A stretch of DNA of 64,000 nt, from the NCBI GenBank assembly GCA_964035545.1, contig OZ037771.1, positions 5,365,190-5,429,189 on the forward strand, in the 5' to 3' direction. Below the pieces are notes generated by a model. That model ran no database searches, was not told where the DNA came from, and saw nothing but the letters and a program-made list of their open reading frames with translations. The position numbers and the translations under genes were made by a program. The stretch is from Bugula neritina (lineage: Eukaryota > Animalia > Bryozoa). Shown piece by piece: positions 50,820 through 63,542 of the stretch; position 1 is the first letter of the stretch, and each line of letters begins with the position of its first letter.

Positions 50820-51915
50820 CACCTTAGTTACTTAGTTGTGGCTCTAGGTTACTCCATTTTCACCCAATTACCCATTTCCCCCATTAAAATGAGAGTTGAA
50901 ATCATCATTTTTTACATCAATTTTGCTCAATAGAGTTGACAACTCTTCTATCACACCCATTGCACAACTTTTTGTTTTCTCCACCTCAAATTTTACCTTC
51001 ATATCTGGGGCAATGCATACACCTCTTAAGCATCTTATAGTGTCCATCCTTAGATAAATTTGAATGTCACTTACTAACTTTTTCGCAACTAAACATCTAT
51101 TTTTGACTTCTGTTCCGTTTACTTGAGCTTTCATCACAGCCTCCCTCTAGCAGCTTGCACACTCCATCGAGCACTTTAACGACTTTAGTTGTATACTTAT
51201 GCAGTTAACAGTCGTGTTAATTACATATATCTTTTCCAGTGTCTATTAAAGCTCTAATACTATGAATAAACATATTGGCAGTTATATGGTTGCACAAACT
51301 TTAGTGCTGTGCAGAGATTGTGTCCGGTTCTTATGCCCCTTTTTTGCTGTTTCCCAACTTTTTATGGCATTGACGTGCTAAATGCCCTTCTTCACCACAA
51401 GTACAGCACAGTTTACTGTCTGCTCAGCAAATTAGAATAGCATCTGCTTTTTAAGGAGACAATCGTTGGCAGAGTTCCCTTGCTCACAAGTATAGCAGAC
51501 CTTTTGTTATCATGTTGCACTCGCTGAAGAGTATTGAGACTTTAGTTCTGGCGCTGGCAACCGGTGCACACAAATCCAAATTTTGTACTGTAGCGGTTGC
51601 TTTTGGCGTCAGTTAAACCATGAAGAAATTCTGCCCTGAGTGCACACATTAATAATGGCTCAGTACTCTCTTGACCCATTGATAGTGACTAACCTATTTA
51701 AGTCTGACAAGTACACATCTTAGGACTCACCTGGCTCTAGCACTCGTTTCAATTGATTATTTGCCATATAGCCGCTAGTACCAAATACCTCTATCGATGC
51801 AGCTTCTAACTCCTTATACTCATTTCTCTTTGTGTTTATATGCTGTACATGCAGGTCCATTTGAAAATTGTGGCGAAAAGATCCCGAATTCAAAACTTTC
51901 CACTTTTTGGCATCT
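50820..51915 (-). mobile_element. Gypsy gag-protease remnant (another family)
   Basis: RVLEPGES.DVYL, EFLHGL, two decayed CCHC knuckles (CYTCEQG, CCTCGEEGHLARQC), protease-like region to DFNSHFNGG. Confidence 0.75.
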
Positions 51916-52148
51916 TACCCGCCAGTTTTCGTTTTTTTATTTACTCTGCTATCTCTCCAGGTGTCTTTGAATCTATATATTCAACTATGATATCTCATAA
52001 CCTTGTGATAGTCATGGTACTGCCGAAATAACTTCTAATATTTAGATAAACAACTTTATTAACCGTTTTCAGAAAACAAATATAATACAATAAGGAGAAA
52101 GCTTACACAGTAGATAAGAATATCACAACACATTCCCATGCACAGAAC

Positions 52149-52620
52149 TTACCTCTGGCATCGATGAAGGCAACTGCACCAATGACATACCCGTGCAAAT
52201 AAAGATGGAAAAAAGTGAGACACTAAAATTTGTGATCTCTGTGAAATAGTGTTTCCCACTTTGCTTCTGTTTTCTAGCACACCTTTTTGCTGATGATCAA
52301 ATTGAAAACAGATCAGCACAGTCCTCATTATTCCAAGCATGTGTGTCCTCAGCCGTCGATGCGAAGTAAAGCTTCCATCACAGGAAAAGCACTCCTTATT
52401 ATTGGGCCCGCCTCAGCTATCAGAACCCGGGTCCCAGTACTGGTCCAGTGAGGACGAGTACTTTTTATACATGGCAACCAAAGATCCCCAGTTTCCTCTC
52501 GTTGGTAGTCGGTGCCTTGAGAGAAGACAGGATGGCTCTTTTCTGTCCTTCGTCTAGATCGATGTCAATCATGGTGGCTGGGATCTCTGCAGCATCATCA
52601 GCTCCTTCACTAGCCTGAAT
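52149..52620 (-). pseudogene. Decayed ORF with a C2H2 zinc-finger-like motif, probably TE-borne
   Basis: ECFSCDGSFTSHRRLRTH in a GC-richer stretch with many stops. Confidence 0.4.
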
Positions 52621-52742
52621 TTCCAATTTGAAGAGTTCTCCAACCGAGTGAGAGCTCTGGTAACAGTGTCAGTGACCCTATTGTCGTGTTTGTGTTGCAA
52701 TCAGCCACTTGCACAACTTGTTATTGTTGTTTACTACTTGTT

Positions 52743-53930
52743 TGTAACAACAGGATATTGCAACAGGAAATAATATTCTTTCATATTGTTTAATAATAAT
52801 GTATGATTGTACACCACCTATATATAAATGGTTTAGTTTATAAAATAAAATAGTTTAGGTTATAACAGTACCGCTGTGTGTTGCCTCAACTGTAATAGAA
52901 GCACTTGCATTGTATATAACGGAAATAACATATACAATACAATATGAATATGAAATTGGCGACGAGGATGTTTTAAGATTTTAACTCTTACATTACAAAT
53001 ATACAGCATGGCTAGTTCATCAGTACCGTCATTTTCTGAAGGAGGAGTGAAAGTGTTCTTAGAAAGCCTAGATAGCTACTTTGCATTGCAAAAATTCAAG
53101 GCTAAGGTGCATGTGCTAATTCTGGGTCCAAGTGCAAAGCTGTACTTATTAGCTAGAGACCATGCAAATCCAAAAATTCCCTCTGAGATGAGTTACGAGA
53201 ATGTGCTGGATATTTTGAAGCGACACTTCAAAACTACGCACAACAGACTGACAGAGAGAGGACAATTACGAAAGATCAGAAGGTCTAACGGGGAGTCTGT
53301 CAGTGACTTTGTTGCTAGATTATAGGGTGCTTCAAGATATTGTGAGTTTAATAAGAAGCTCACTGAAAACTTGGTGGAGCAGTTCCGCAGGGTAATAAAT
53401 GACAGCTTAATAAGGGAAAAGCTAATTGACATGCCATTTGCTCAGCAAGAAGATTTTGAGGAAGTGATAAGGAAGGCTCAAGAAGTAGAATTAAAAAGAA
53501 AGATGAGTGACATTTCTATGAATGACCAACCAGCAGTACAAGCAGTATAATGCAAAAAAAAACAAAAAGCTGCCAACATTTAAGCGTCCTATCCATACAG
53601 TAAATAATGACAGGAAGTGTTTCAGATGTGGCAAAGCAGACCACATGGCTAATGACCGGGCATGTCCAGCAAAAGACAAGTAATGTGTAGTGTGTAGCAA
53701 ACTGAGATATTTTGCTAAAAGCTAGTTTTGCAAAGGTGTACCGGTAGTTCGAAACGTAATTGAAGAAGCTGCTCAATCACCGCAAATATCAAAGCTAGAA
53801 GAGGAGGATGCAACATTAAATGCAACATTAAATCGAGCAGCAATATACCAATTCCTAAATGCTATGACAGCATTGAAGCTTAAACAATGGAATTCATTGT
53901 GGACACTGGGGCTTGCGACAACGTTGTATC
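52743..53930 (+). mobile_element. 5' part of a Gypsy (Mag-like) element: LTR, tRNA-Ser PBS, gag, start of protease
   Basis: PBS TGGCGACGAGGATG 52957-52970; gag MASSSVPSF..GESVSDFVARL; CFRCGKADHMANDRACPAK knuckle; FIVDTGAC protease motif; LTR left boundary approximate. Confidence 0.88.
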
Positions 53931-54962
53931 TGTCACCAAGTGCTGCCTACCCAGCTGCCTTCATCATGAAAGGTCCTCCTGCTGGTCCATCGCTGAGCTC
54001 GAGTTCTTGTGCTGGCCTCAACGAATCCATCTTCACTTATTTCCTTTTAGAGGAGCATCAGCTGTCTGTTGAAGACAGGATCCCACCGCTGCCACCAATG
54101 TAATAATTCATGCTTTGAATGCTATTATTCTCCTCATGAAATTATATAGGTGCGTTTTAGCTGATGTGAACACAGTGACTCTCTGCTGAACAAGACTACT
54201 TGTAATATGAATACAGTGACTCTTTGTCAAACAAGACTGCTTGTAATCAATAAGCAAGAATGTTTCATTTTAGAAGTATTAGACTAGATGGTTTTCAACT
54301 TTTCATATTGTTACAGCATGCAGACTTACCTATTGGAACATTGGTTAGGAATATTGGCCAAAACTTTATTTTTTCTGTTTCAGTGTGTAAGGTGCTAGCC
54401 ATTTTATGCTCTTTGCTGCAGATGTGAAATATTTTGGCAAAATGTGCTAGAGCTCTGGACCTATATGTTGTATTACAGTATAGTGAAGACTAAAAGGTTC
54501 CGCTACCAATAAGTGGAAGAATAACATTCGATTCATGATGAGGTGAGAATGTGAAAGAGGCTGTCCCGTCCCCACTGATTGAGAAGGTATGCCCATCCTG
54601 AAAGACTGAAAGTGATGACAATGAAGCAGCTGTTTCCCCTAAAGTGAGGTGTCCTTTCTAGCTTCTACTACTAAATATATACTAAAAACATGTTTGTGTT
54701 TAGAATAGAAAAGATTCACTTTTTCAAAGTTTTTCACCGCATGTTATAAGTTGCCTTCTAATGAACCCTTTTCAATTTACTGTAACTCTGCTAATTGTAT
54801 CCTATCTTCACCTTTACCACAAATTTATTAAATTATACATGTTGCATTATGTATTATTTTAGAAACTTGAAACTCGCGTGATATTTTTTTATGTATGACT
54901 GTGTAGGCAGCTTCTAAAGCAGTTATACATATTCTGTATCTTGTGGACGGAACTTCACTTAC

Positions 54963-55700
54963 CTTTCTTTCACCATTTGATGTACCCAGTCCACAACTAT
55001 ATAGACCTTTGCAGTCATTTCAGCCCGTCCATCTAGACGCATCCCATATCATAAGGCAAGTTGAAAGAACATTTACAGCTTGCAATTGGGTCGTTGATTG
55101 TTACTGCATAAATCATAAGATACTTAGCCACATGTGTGATTGATGTCATATTCTGTAGATGTAGTTGAAAAATATCTATTTAAAATGAGGTTTGCAAACA
55201 GTGCTTTACTCAGCATTGAATTTCCATAGACAATTTATTAAAATAAAAATGACAATTCGTTTATGTGTGTTAACTTCATATAATTCAAGTTGAATATTTA
55301 TTTTTTAAAAGATTGCAACCGTAACATTGTTAGTCCAATTATAGTCCACATCTACTCTAAGTATTTTGCTAATAAATGCAGCTCTACGATTTTATATTGT
55401 TAGTAAGTATTGCCATGTTATAAGTATTTTATTAACTCTTCCGTCCTTAAATATAGGTTATGAAGATGACAAATATGGGACTGAGGAGGTTGTGGTGTAT
55501 ACACGAAGCAGTATGACAAACACCAGAGGGACATTGTTTGAGTCTTCAAATGACGATAGGAGTTGTTATTTGGTACTCAACAGGGCCGTAGCTTTAGTGA
55601 TATCTGTGAAGGATATAGTAAACTGTATGGGACTAGTGAACACAGCAATATGTGTATTTTATAGCTCAACTATTGAAACATTTTGATAACCTCAGCTGTT
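54963..55700 (-). pseudogene. Pseudo-exons resembling TSP1 and VWA domains
   Basis: WDASRWTG*NDCKGLYSCGLG..ERK|GTAAGT (TSP1-like, stop where W is expected); HIAVFTSPIQFTISFTD..FKDGRVNKILI (VWA-like) with stops. Confidence 0.4.
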
Positions 55701-56273
55701 TAAAAGATGATATATCCAACCTGCTTTTTATAGATTAGGTATAATGAGTAAATGGGCTGCTCATATTTGTAAAATGAAAGGTTGTGCAGAAGATTTGTTA
55801 TGTGTGATGGCAGTGAATTTCACTGAGATGTCACTTGTTTCCTATTCAAATGGTTGAATAACTTTTTCATTTTGCTTTACAAATACACTAGTATATTTAC
55901 TTATTACCTCTTATGTAAAACTGAATTATTTAAAATAAACTTTGAATATGAAATAAAGATGAATGGTTAAAGTGACAACAGAAATATCTAGCTATTTAAC
56001 ACTTCAACAAAATATTTAAAAACCTTGTCTGACACTTGCAACAAATCCGAAGCACCCTTCAGCCATTCTCTAGCAGTTGTATTAATAGTGTTCTACACAT
56101 TTGAAAATGTTGGTAAGGCTCATTTAACAGAAATGTAAGGGCTTTCGTCAAAATCTAACCATATAGTGAAAGTGTTTTTTCAAAAATCTCCATTACTGCA
56201 CCTAGTTGCTTCTCATGCACATCCCTACATAATATACTGGTACATAGTTTTGTGAACTACATCAGTGGGGTTT

Positions 56274-56649
56274 TGTTGTATGCTGAATTACTGGCTCATA
56301 ACCTAGCTATGAGGTTGAGAGAGAAAACCGAGGAATAGTAGCGTTCAAATAAGGACTATATTTTATGTCTAATTAAAAGAGCAAAAGATACAATTAATTA
56401 CAAAAGAGTGCGCATAAAAGCAGTTGCACAGTATACTAGTCTATCTAATAGATACCCTGAGACTGGGCGCTACTTATAACTAGAGGGTTTGATCTGATTG
56501 GCCGGTGGGGTTCGGGGGGGTGGCCGTAATGAGTAGTACGGTGCCGCATCTCCATGTGACATTTTACAATGTTAGCCTAGGCACAGTATGTAGAGTTATC
56601 ATCTCTTGGAACTTTATAATAATTATAATACTCTGCATTTTCTACAACA
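56274..56649 (-). mobile_element. Candidate solo LTR
   Basis: Termini TGTTGTA..TACAACA; CCAATCAG and TATA-like boxes on the minus strand; no clean TSD. Confidence 0.55.
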
Positions 56650-57616
56650 AGTGTTAGTGACATGCTGGTTGAGGAACAATACTTCTCACACCCCTACATA
56701 CTATGGTAATAATTGAGAAATATTAGCTATGTAAGTGGATTCAGCAGTTTGTATGTATAAAACCACAGACTCGCTGATTTTAGCAATTTGCTTCTTTTTA
56801 ATATCTACTGCATCATGTACATGTAACTAGAAAAGCAAGGGTAGAACTGAAATATTCTGACTTCATGAGACTTGTTTAGATCGAAATGAAGTTCCCCAAC
56901 ATTAAGAGCCTAAATTCCCGGCAGGTTAAGAACTGTACTGAGCTAAACTCTATTTCAACTGACAGATAATTTTGACTTGTGGCAAAGTACTTTTTAAAAT
57001 AGCCCATCCTTTTACGGTTTTTATTTGCTTATTAGGTTACTAAATCTTAATAAGCTTCTTTTGCTAGGGTCAGACACAAAAATGATAAATATTAACCACT
57101 AAACCAGACATGATTAAAGCCTGTAGTATATACACACTGTATTAAATAATCAACTTGCAGTTCACAGGAAAATTATTTCTATTACTCTATAGATATAATA
57201 ATATATAGAAATACAAATACACAACACTACTTGGTGTATAGCTGAAAAGAGTGTTTTTAATATCTAATTTAACAATTATGTAACAGAAACATGTGTAACA
57301 GGTTATTCCTTACAATAAAAAGCGATGTAAATGTAACACACAACTGAGTGTTTACACTAAATTACATAATGAAAATATTATTGAACGAAAATAGTTGTAT
57401 TGGTATTGTAAACAAATTTACCTGCCATTGAATAATTATTTGCCACACATTATATAAAAACCACATAATTAGCCAATTGTAATTTAAAAGGTCAAACTTT
57501 ACTGCTATAGCATACATTATGTTTCAGTTCAATAGTCTGATATTATAGAGAGCCAATATCTGTTAAAGTAGAATTCTGATTTGACCGCTCATTACTATGT
57601 GTAATCTTTCAGGTTA

Positions 57617-60600
57617 CTATGTCGAGCACTCTCGCGTGCTGAAGTACAGATAGTTAGCAGCAATAATTAAATCATCTTCATCATATAAATCGGTGACATC
57701 ATTTAATTCACAGGTTCTTGATATCTCGTGGTAGTTCACAGAGTAGCAACGAGCTTCTTTTACACACATGGTAACACAACTCCTTGATGACAAAGCTGTC
57801 ACCGTAGAGATTACGTGATTTGTCAGCCGCTTGTTTGATGCTTTGCAGAATATTTGTTGCTGCTTACCGTTATCAAAAGTCTTAGAGAGCTCCAGGTGTG
57901 ACTCTACAATAACAAAGTTATCAGTAAAACCAACACAGCAAAAACCCAAGATACTGGTAGCATGCCATTTTGTTTTCTTTGCTCATTTTATTCTGAAAAA
58001 ATCCTCTCACTTTCAGTTAATCCTTAAAAACTTTTTACAATGATGTGGAGCGACTTATGAAAGGTTAAAACAAATTCAATAAGAATTTTTTCACATAGCA
58101 AACTTTCGAAACTTGGTTCCATGCATGTTAAAAAAATTAATTAGAATTTAAAATGACACAAAAAATAATTTAAGACAAACAATTGTTACTTCAGGTTTTG
58201 CAAACCATATTGGGCTGAAAGCAATTTTAAGTCACTGTTCATGGTACATGAAGCATGTAAAACTGCAGACTTAAGGTAAAATTCTGAATACCACATACCA
58301 CATAGATAGCTACTTTTGTAAACAGTGAGTATACATACAACTTGAGAACACTGAGTAAAACCTGTGAACATTAAGCACAACTTGTGAACACTGAGCACAA
58401 CTTGAGAACACTGAGCACAACTTGAAAGTACTGAGGACAACTTGAAAGTACTGAGGACAACTTGTGAACACTGAGTGATATAAAGCTGAGAACAGGACCT
58501 TCACAAGGAAAGTTCTCATAATGAAATGTTGCATCTCCCATTACACTGAGAGTGTTCCAGTTGATATATAATATTTCCTTCATCACGACAGTCAAGGTTC
58601 AGGACTTGGTCAGCAGACATTTCTCTATCCCAGAGATTTATCCATGATAGTTTACCAGTCAGCATTTGCGAAATATCTAGACCTCCAACTAAAATGAGAA
58701 GCAGGGGGTGGGTGTATGAGCATTCATCAATTAGAAAAATTATTTATGCTGCATCCAGGATTTAACATACTGATTGCTACATCAAAATGCTGCATTTGAG
58801 TTGCTACATTTAAGTTGTCATACATGAATATCAAGTTTGGCGCGTAATAATATAGTCAAACTGCTGCACAGAGTAAACCTACCCATGAAGTTTAGTTGTA
58901 CACAAGTACACATACTCAAATTACAACATTCACCATTTTTGATTCACAATACTAATCTTCATCCTTCAACGTTATTGATTGACTCAAAATAATAATTATA
59001 ATCATTCAATGTGATTGGTTGACTCACGACACCGATCTCTCTATCATTCATTATGATTGGCTGATTCGCAATACTAATCTTTATCACGCAACATGATTGG
59101 CTGATTTGCAATACTAATCTTCAACACACAGCGTGATTGGCTGACTCACGATACTGATCTTGATCATTCAACATGATCAAAGCTCCCCCTCTCACGAACT
59201 CTGAGCCAGCTGTATCTGATGTTCTGTACAGTTGAAGTTTACCAGACTCCTCAACGTCTGTGTACCACTGTATATAGTTGCAAATAATTTAACTTCAAAA
59301 ATAGCAACAGTAGTAACTAAATTTGCCAAGTCTTAAGATTTATAAAAATACGTAACTGCTACCTATAAAATACAGCATATATGAAAGCATGTATTAATAA
59401 TTTGTTAATGCTTTCAGGAATCCATGACATGAATTTTCATATATACTTTGAGGCATTACTAGGTTACAATTTACTATAATATATACATGTATAACTTGGT
59501 TACAGATAGATCACTATACATACAGCTATAGAGCATTATAAATACAAATATATTGTTGCACATATAAAATATATCTAATACAATACATACAGACATATTA
59601 TTACACATTATAAAGGTAATATACAACTATAGGTACATACTGTTTTAATATTAATTATTCATGCAATTATAATATTCTTATGCAATATACAGTTATATTT
59701 TATTATACTTACAGATATGTTAATATATACTCACATATATTTATACCCTGATATAATATACTCAAGTGTTACACCTACAGCATGCAGCTAAATTATAACC
59801 ACATCACTCACCGCCAGGCTGTCATTAGCCCGCCACGTAAAGCAATGCTTATTCCATCCTTTCAACAAGGTTGAGGCCTCTGACAGAGGAACTGCCCACA
59901 GAAAGAACTGCGCATTTCTGATGTAGATTTTAAAATTCAAATTTGGACCGGAAGAATACAAATTCAAAAGGAACTCGTTGTGAGGAGAAGCTATAAAATT
60001 CAGAAACCAAGATTATAATCACCCATTCATGTGTGAGTGTGTGTGTGTGTTATTTCGAAGATTATTGTGATGAGAAACAGTCTCTATTTTTGAGAAGCAT
60101 TGCCAATAGGACCAATAAAGGTTTATACTCATGTATACAGAAGCTCATATACCTGTATATATACAGTGAGGGCCCTGAAGCGTGCACAGAACAAGTCCCA
60201 TATTTAATATTTAATGGAGAAATTGAGAAAAGCTTTGTGTTTCAAATTAAAAATGCAGCATAGGAAGTTATGTTCTTTTGATAATTTCAACCCGCACCCC
60301 AAACAAAAATTTAATAATAAAATTAAAGAAATTAGGCTGTCTCAATTTTTCCACTATTGTTCCTAAGTGAAAGCCAGGAGTAAAAATATTTATTCAAATA
60401 TATTTTAACATATGATCATGTATAACTAGCGTTCTCTTGGCAGGTATACATGCATTTTCACTGCAAGATAAAAATATTCACTTGAAATTCTGATTCTACT
60501 GTCTTGCAGTTGCTGCTATTGAAACATTTACATGCAGTCATTAGTCTTGATTTGAAGAAGCATAATATTTTTATTGCTAACTATTGAAGTGTCAACTGTC

Positions 60601-63542
60601 TTGCTTATCTTTCATTGTAAATAATTAGCATGTTGCATGTGACCATTAGAATAAAACATTAATTTTATTGGAACTGTAACTGAAACTGTAGCAGACTTAA
60701 AAAAAAATATCTCACAATATTTTAACATGTAATTAAATCTGAAATTTTTGTTCATAAGATTATAATGTTACCACATATTTTGAGCCAGCTATTATATGGC
60801 ATATACTTGGGTGCTCATACTATATTTTAATGACAGCTTGTCTACTAGAAAATATAATTTTTGCTATTGTTTTCTAAGCCATGAGGTCTCTATGGCTATG
60901 CATGCAACTAACATTTACTCATGTCATTATCTTCTTAGCCGTATTTGCCTTAATTAAAATCAATATATACATAACTTTAAATATCTGCCTTCCCAAACTT
61001 TTTTAGATAAATCATTTGTTAACTACAAAAAATATCGACTTTTGCCATGACAGCTTATTTTAACCTGTTTGGTTAATGTGATTCGAGACAATTGTAGGAT
61101 TGGAATCACGGTAGACCTGCTATATCTATTATAGGGCACATTAGTTTAAATTTCCAGCTACATGTAGGTTCAGATTTTAACATTGTGTTTGTTTTCCATA
61201 CACACAACTATATTGCTATTGTATGGCTTTCTCTGAAATATTATATGCAAACATACAGATCAGTAAAATCATGTGCATAAAGTATTACAGTATTGATTTA
61301 TTATTATATATAGCAAAATATTGCTACATATTATACAGAGTAACAGAGAAACTGCTGGCAACTTATATGAGAAATATACTTAAGTTAGGTCTCAGCTCAT
61401 AAATGCACAAAATAGAATTAGCCACAAGGTTCTAGAATTCTAAAACTTCTGCCTCCTTCCAGGATTTGAACCACAGACCTCTAACTTGCAGGCCAATTAC
61501 ATTATGGGATTGCTGGGGAATCACAACTCTACGCAATAATCTCAACAAAAAGAAAACTGAAATTTAAGAACTGGAAAAGGTGGCGTGTATTATAACAATA
61601 ATTGAACAACGGTGATGCAGCTATATAACAAGAGAACACAACTAATAATTTAATTAAGTAACAAAATGTACTAAAAAGTGTAAACACATATTGTCACTAC
61701 ACCTTTGGTAGTTTGATATTTTTGCAATGAGTTTTTAAACTGGGTATATGAATGCTTCAGTGAGCTTAAAGCAAAGTTGGTGACACTCTAAAATATATAA
61801 TAACAGTATTATGCTAATTTATTAACCAAACAAACTGTAATATTGAACTGCTTAAAATATATTAATTAAAAGCATTGGCAGAGGCTATCATAATTTAGTC
61901 AGATTATTCATTTAGTAATTATGCTATGTGCATGCATGTTTGCTACAAACTCTATTGAGCAACAAATATACATGAAATATATTAATTATTAGTTATTAAG
62001 CATACCGGGAAACGCATAAAAGTAAGTAAAGATTGCATAAAAATAGTAGATAGTCACTAAATTTATTTAGCAAAGATCAATTTTGAGAATCACCCAAGCC
62101 TTAAAACTTGGATAATAAGCTTGCACAGTTGAGCAAATTTCTCATCAAATTGATATTCAGTACCTCATGTTGTATAAATGTGTTGTAAACATCATGACAT
62201 ATATTACCTATCAATAATTTAAAAGTTCAATACTTTAAATTATGACGTGCTAGCTGATATTGATTTTATGTCAGATTGTATTCAGAGCTAATTCCTATGC
62301 AAAAATATTCTGCTTGAAGCTCTATATTCACTGTTTTATTAAAATTAATTGCTCTAAAAAACTTAAAATTTTTCTGGTATTTCTTGGCAAGCTTTACTGC
62401 CGTAATCAAATTTTATCCAATTATTCACACTACAATAAACCTGCTATTTATGAATACATCTTTTGCTTCAGCTAATTCCATTTTGCTCTCTGTTAATATT
62501 TTATAGCATATTTTATTAGCTAGATGTTATCACAATTATGCTATATATATTATTTAAAATTTTGAACAAAAAATATATATTGAAATGTGTAGGTTGTTAG
62601 CTTCTTATTTTCCCATATACACCAGCTGAGAGCAGATAGTAAACATGTTTTTAAAAAATGGCTTTCATTGTTAATTTGTAGCCTGTGAAATTATTGCTTG
62701 GTAATTATTATGAAGCTTTTGCTGCTCGGGGCCCCAAAATCTAAGCCAATACTGACCTGGAAACTTAAGCTTTGCAATATAGAAACAGAACAATATACGT
62801 TATATAGTCTCTATTAAATGACATCGCTACTCAAAGCTGGGGGATAGCACACTACCCAACTTCACTGCTAATATTGCTGATATGTATCTAATAATCTGCT
62901 CTCTTAACCATTTAGGATCAATAGCTGAAAAATTGAGATAGCCTATGTTCTTTAAATTTCATTATAAATTTTGGTTTGGGGCACGGATTGAAATTCTTGC
63001 GAGAACATAACTTCTTTTGCTACATTTTTAATCTAGAACACAGGCTTGTCTTAATTTCTTAGTTACTGCACCTGCCACCTCCTAACAAGGAAGTTTTTGC
63101 CATAGCCTACAAGAGTTTGTGCTTTGCAGTTATAGCTTCATTCTTACGACAGCTTACAGTAGCAACGCTGGGTTTTGATGTAAAAAGTTATAATAGCTTC
63201 TATAGTTGTTATTTAAAAAAAACTTTGCCCCCACTGAGATTCGAACTTGAGACCTCCGGCTTGCAAGCAATTATGTGCATCATTACACCACTAGGACCAC
63301 TGGGTGATCACAACACTACATGTTACATACACATAATGGCTGGCAATATTCCGTGACTGCGAAAACACACAACTTACATGATAAAGGTGTGGAAAAGCTG
63401 AACAAATGAAGATCTCCAGATGCAAAATAGCCAGCAGAAAACCAGAAACAGAAAGTAAGCTCTGGAAGATCTGGTAGACTCTCCTGGTACAGGTAGGTGC
63501 TGATGGTGTGCTGTTGATGGTATACAGGCAGCCGTAGAGCAT
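57617..63542 (-). CDS. Pentraxin-domain + C-terminal PAN/Apple protein; 5' end outside window; frameshifted at ~58564-58570 (null allele/pseudogene or assembly error)
   Basis: Exons 63378-63542 (LPELTFCFW..LFSFST), 59812-59990 (NEFLL..WNKHCFTW), 59150-59267 (GGALIMLNDQD), 58499-58688 (GKLSWINLWDREMS..C..GNI/INW), 57617-57903 (CVTMCVKEARCYSVNY..TCELN, PAN). All phases fit except the 190-nt exon. Confidence 0.8.
58337..58476. repeat. 20-bp minisatellite (acaacttgagaacactgagc)
   Basis: Tandem units ~20 nt from the donor at 58497-58498. Confidence 0.9.
58938..59178. repeat. ~40-bp minisatellite containing an exon end and splice donor
   Basis: tgattgg recurs at 59012, 59054, 59094, 59134; terminal unit spans the donor at 59148-59149. 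Confidence 0.85.
61451..61527 (-). mobile_element. Degenerate tRNA-derived SINE head
   Basis: B box GGTTCAAATCC; aligns with 63227-63314. Confidence 0.55.
63227..63314 (-). mobile_element. tRNA-derived SINE head
   Basis: A box TGGTCCTAGTGG, B box GTTCGAATC; does not fold as an intact cloverleaf. Confidence 0.65.

Noticed and set aside
57904-57963. Out-of-frame signal peptide MLPVSWVFAVLVLLITLLL before the PAN domain
   Set aside because: Better explained as a T-rich intron end with branch point and TAG acceptor, in phase with the upstream pentraxin exon
63227-63314. Functional tRNA gene (also 61451-61527)
   Set aside because: A/B boxes present but stems and spacing are broken; SINE-like
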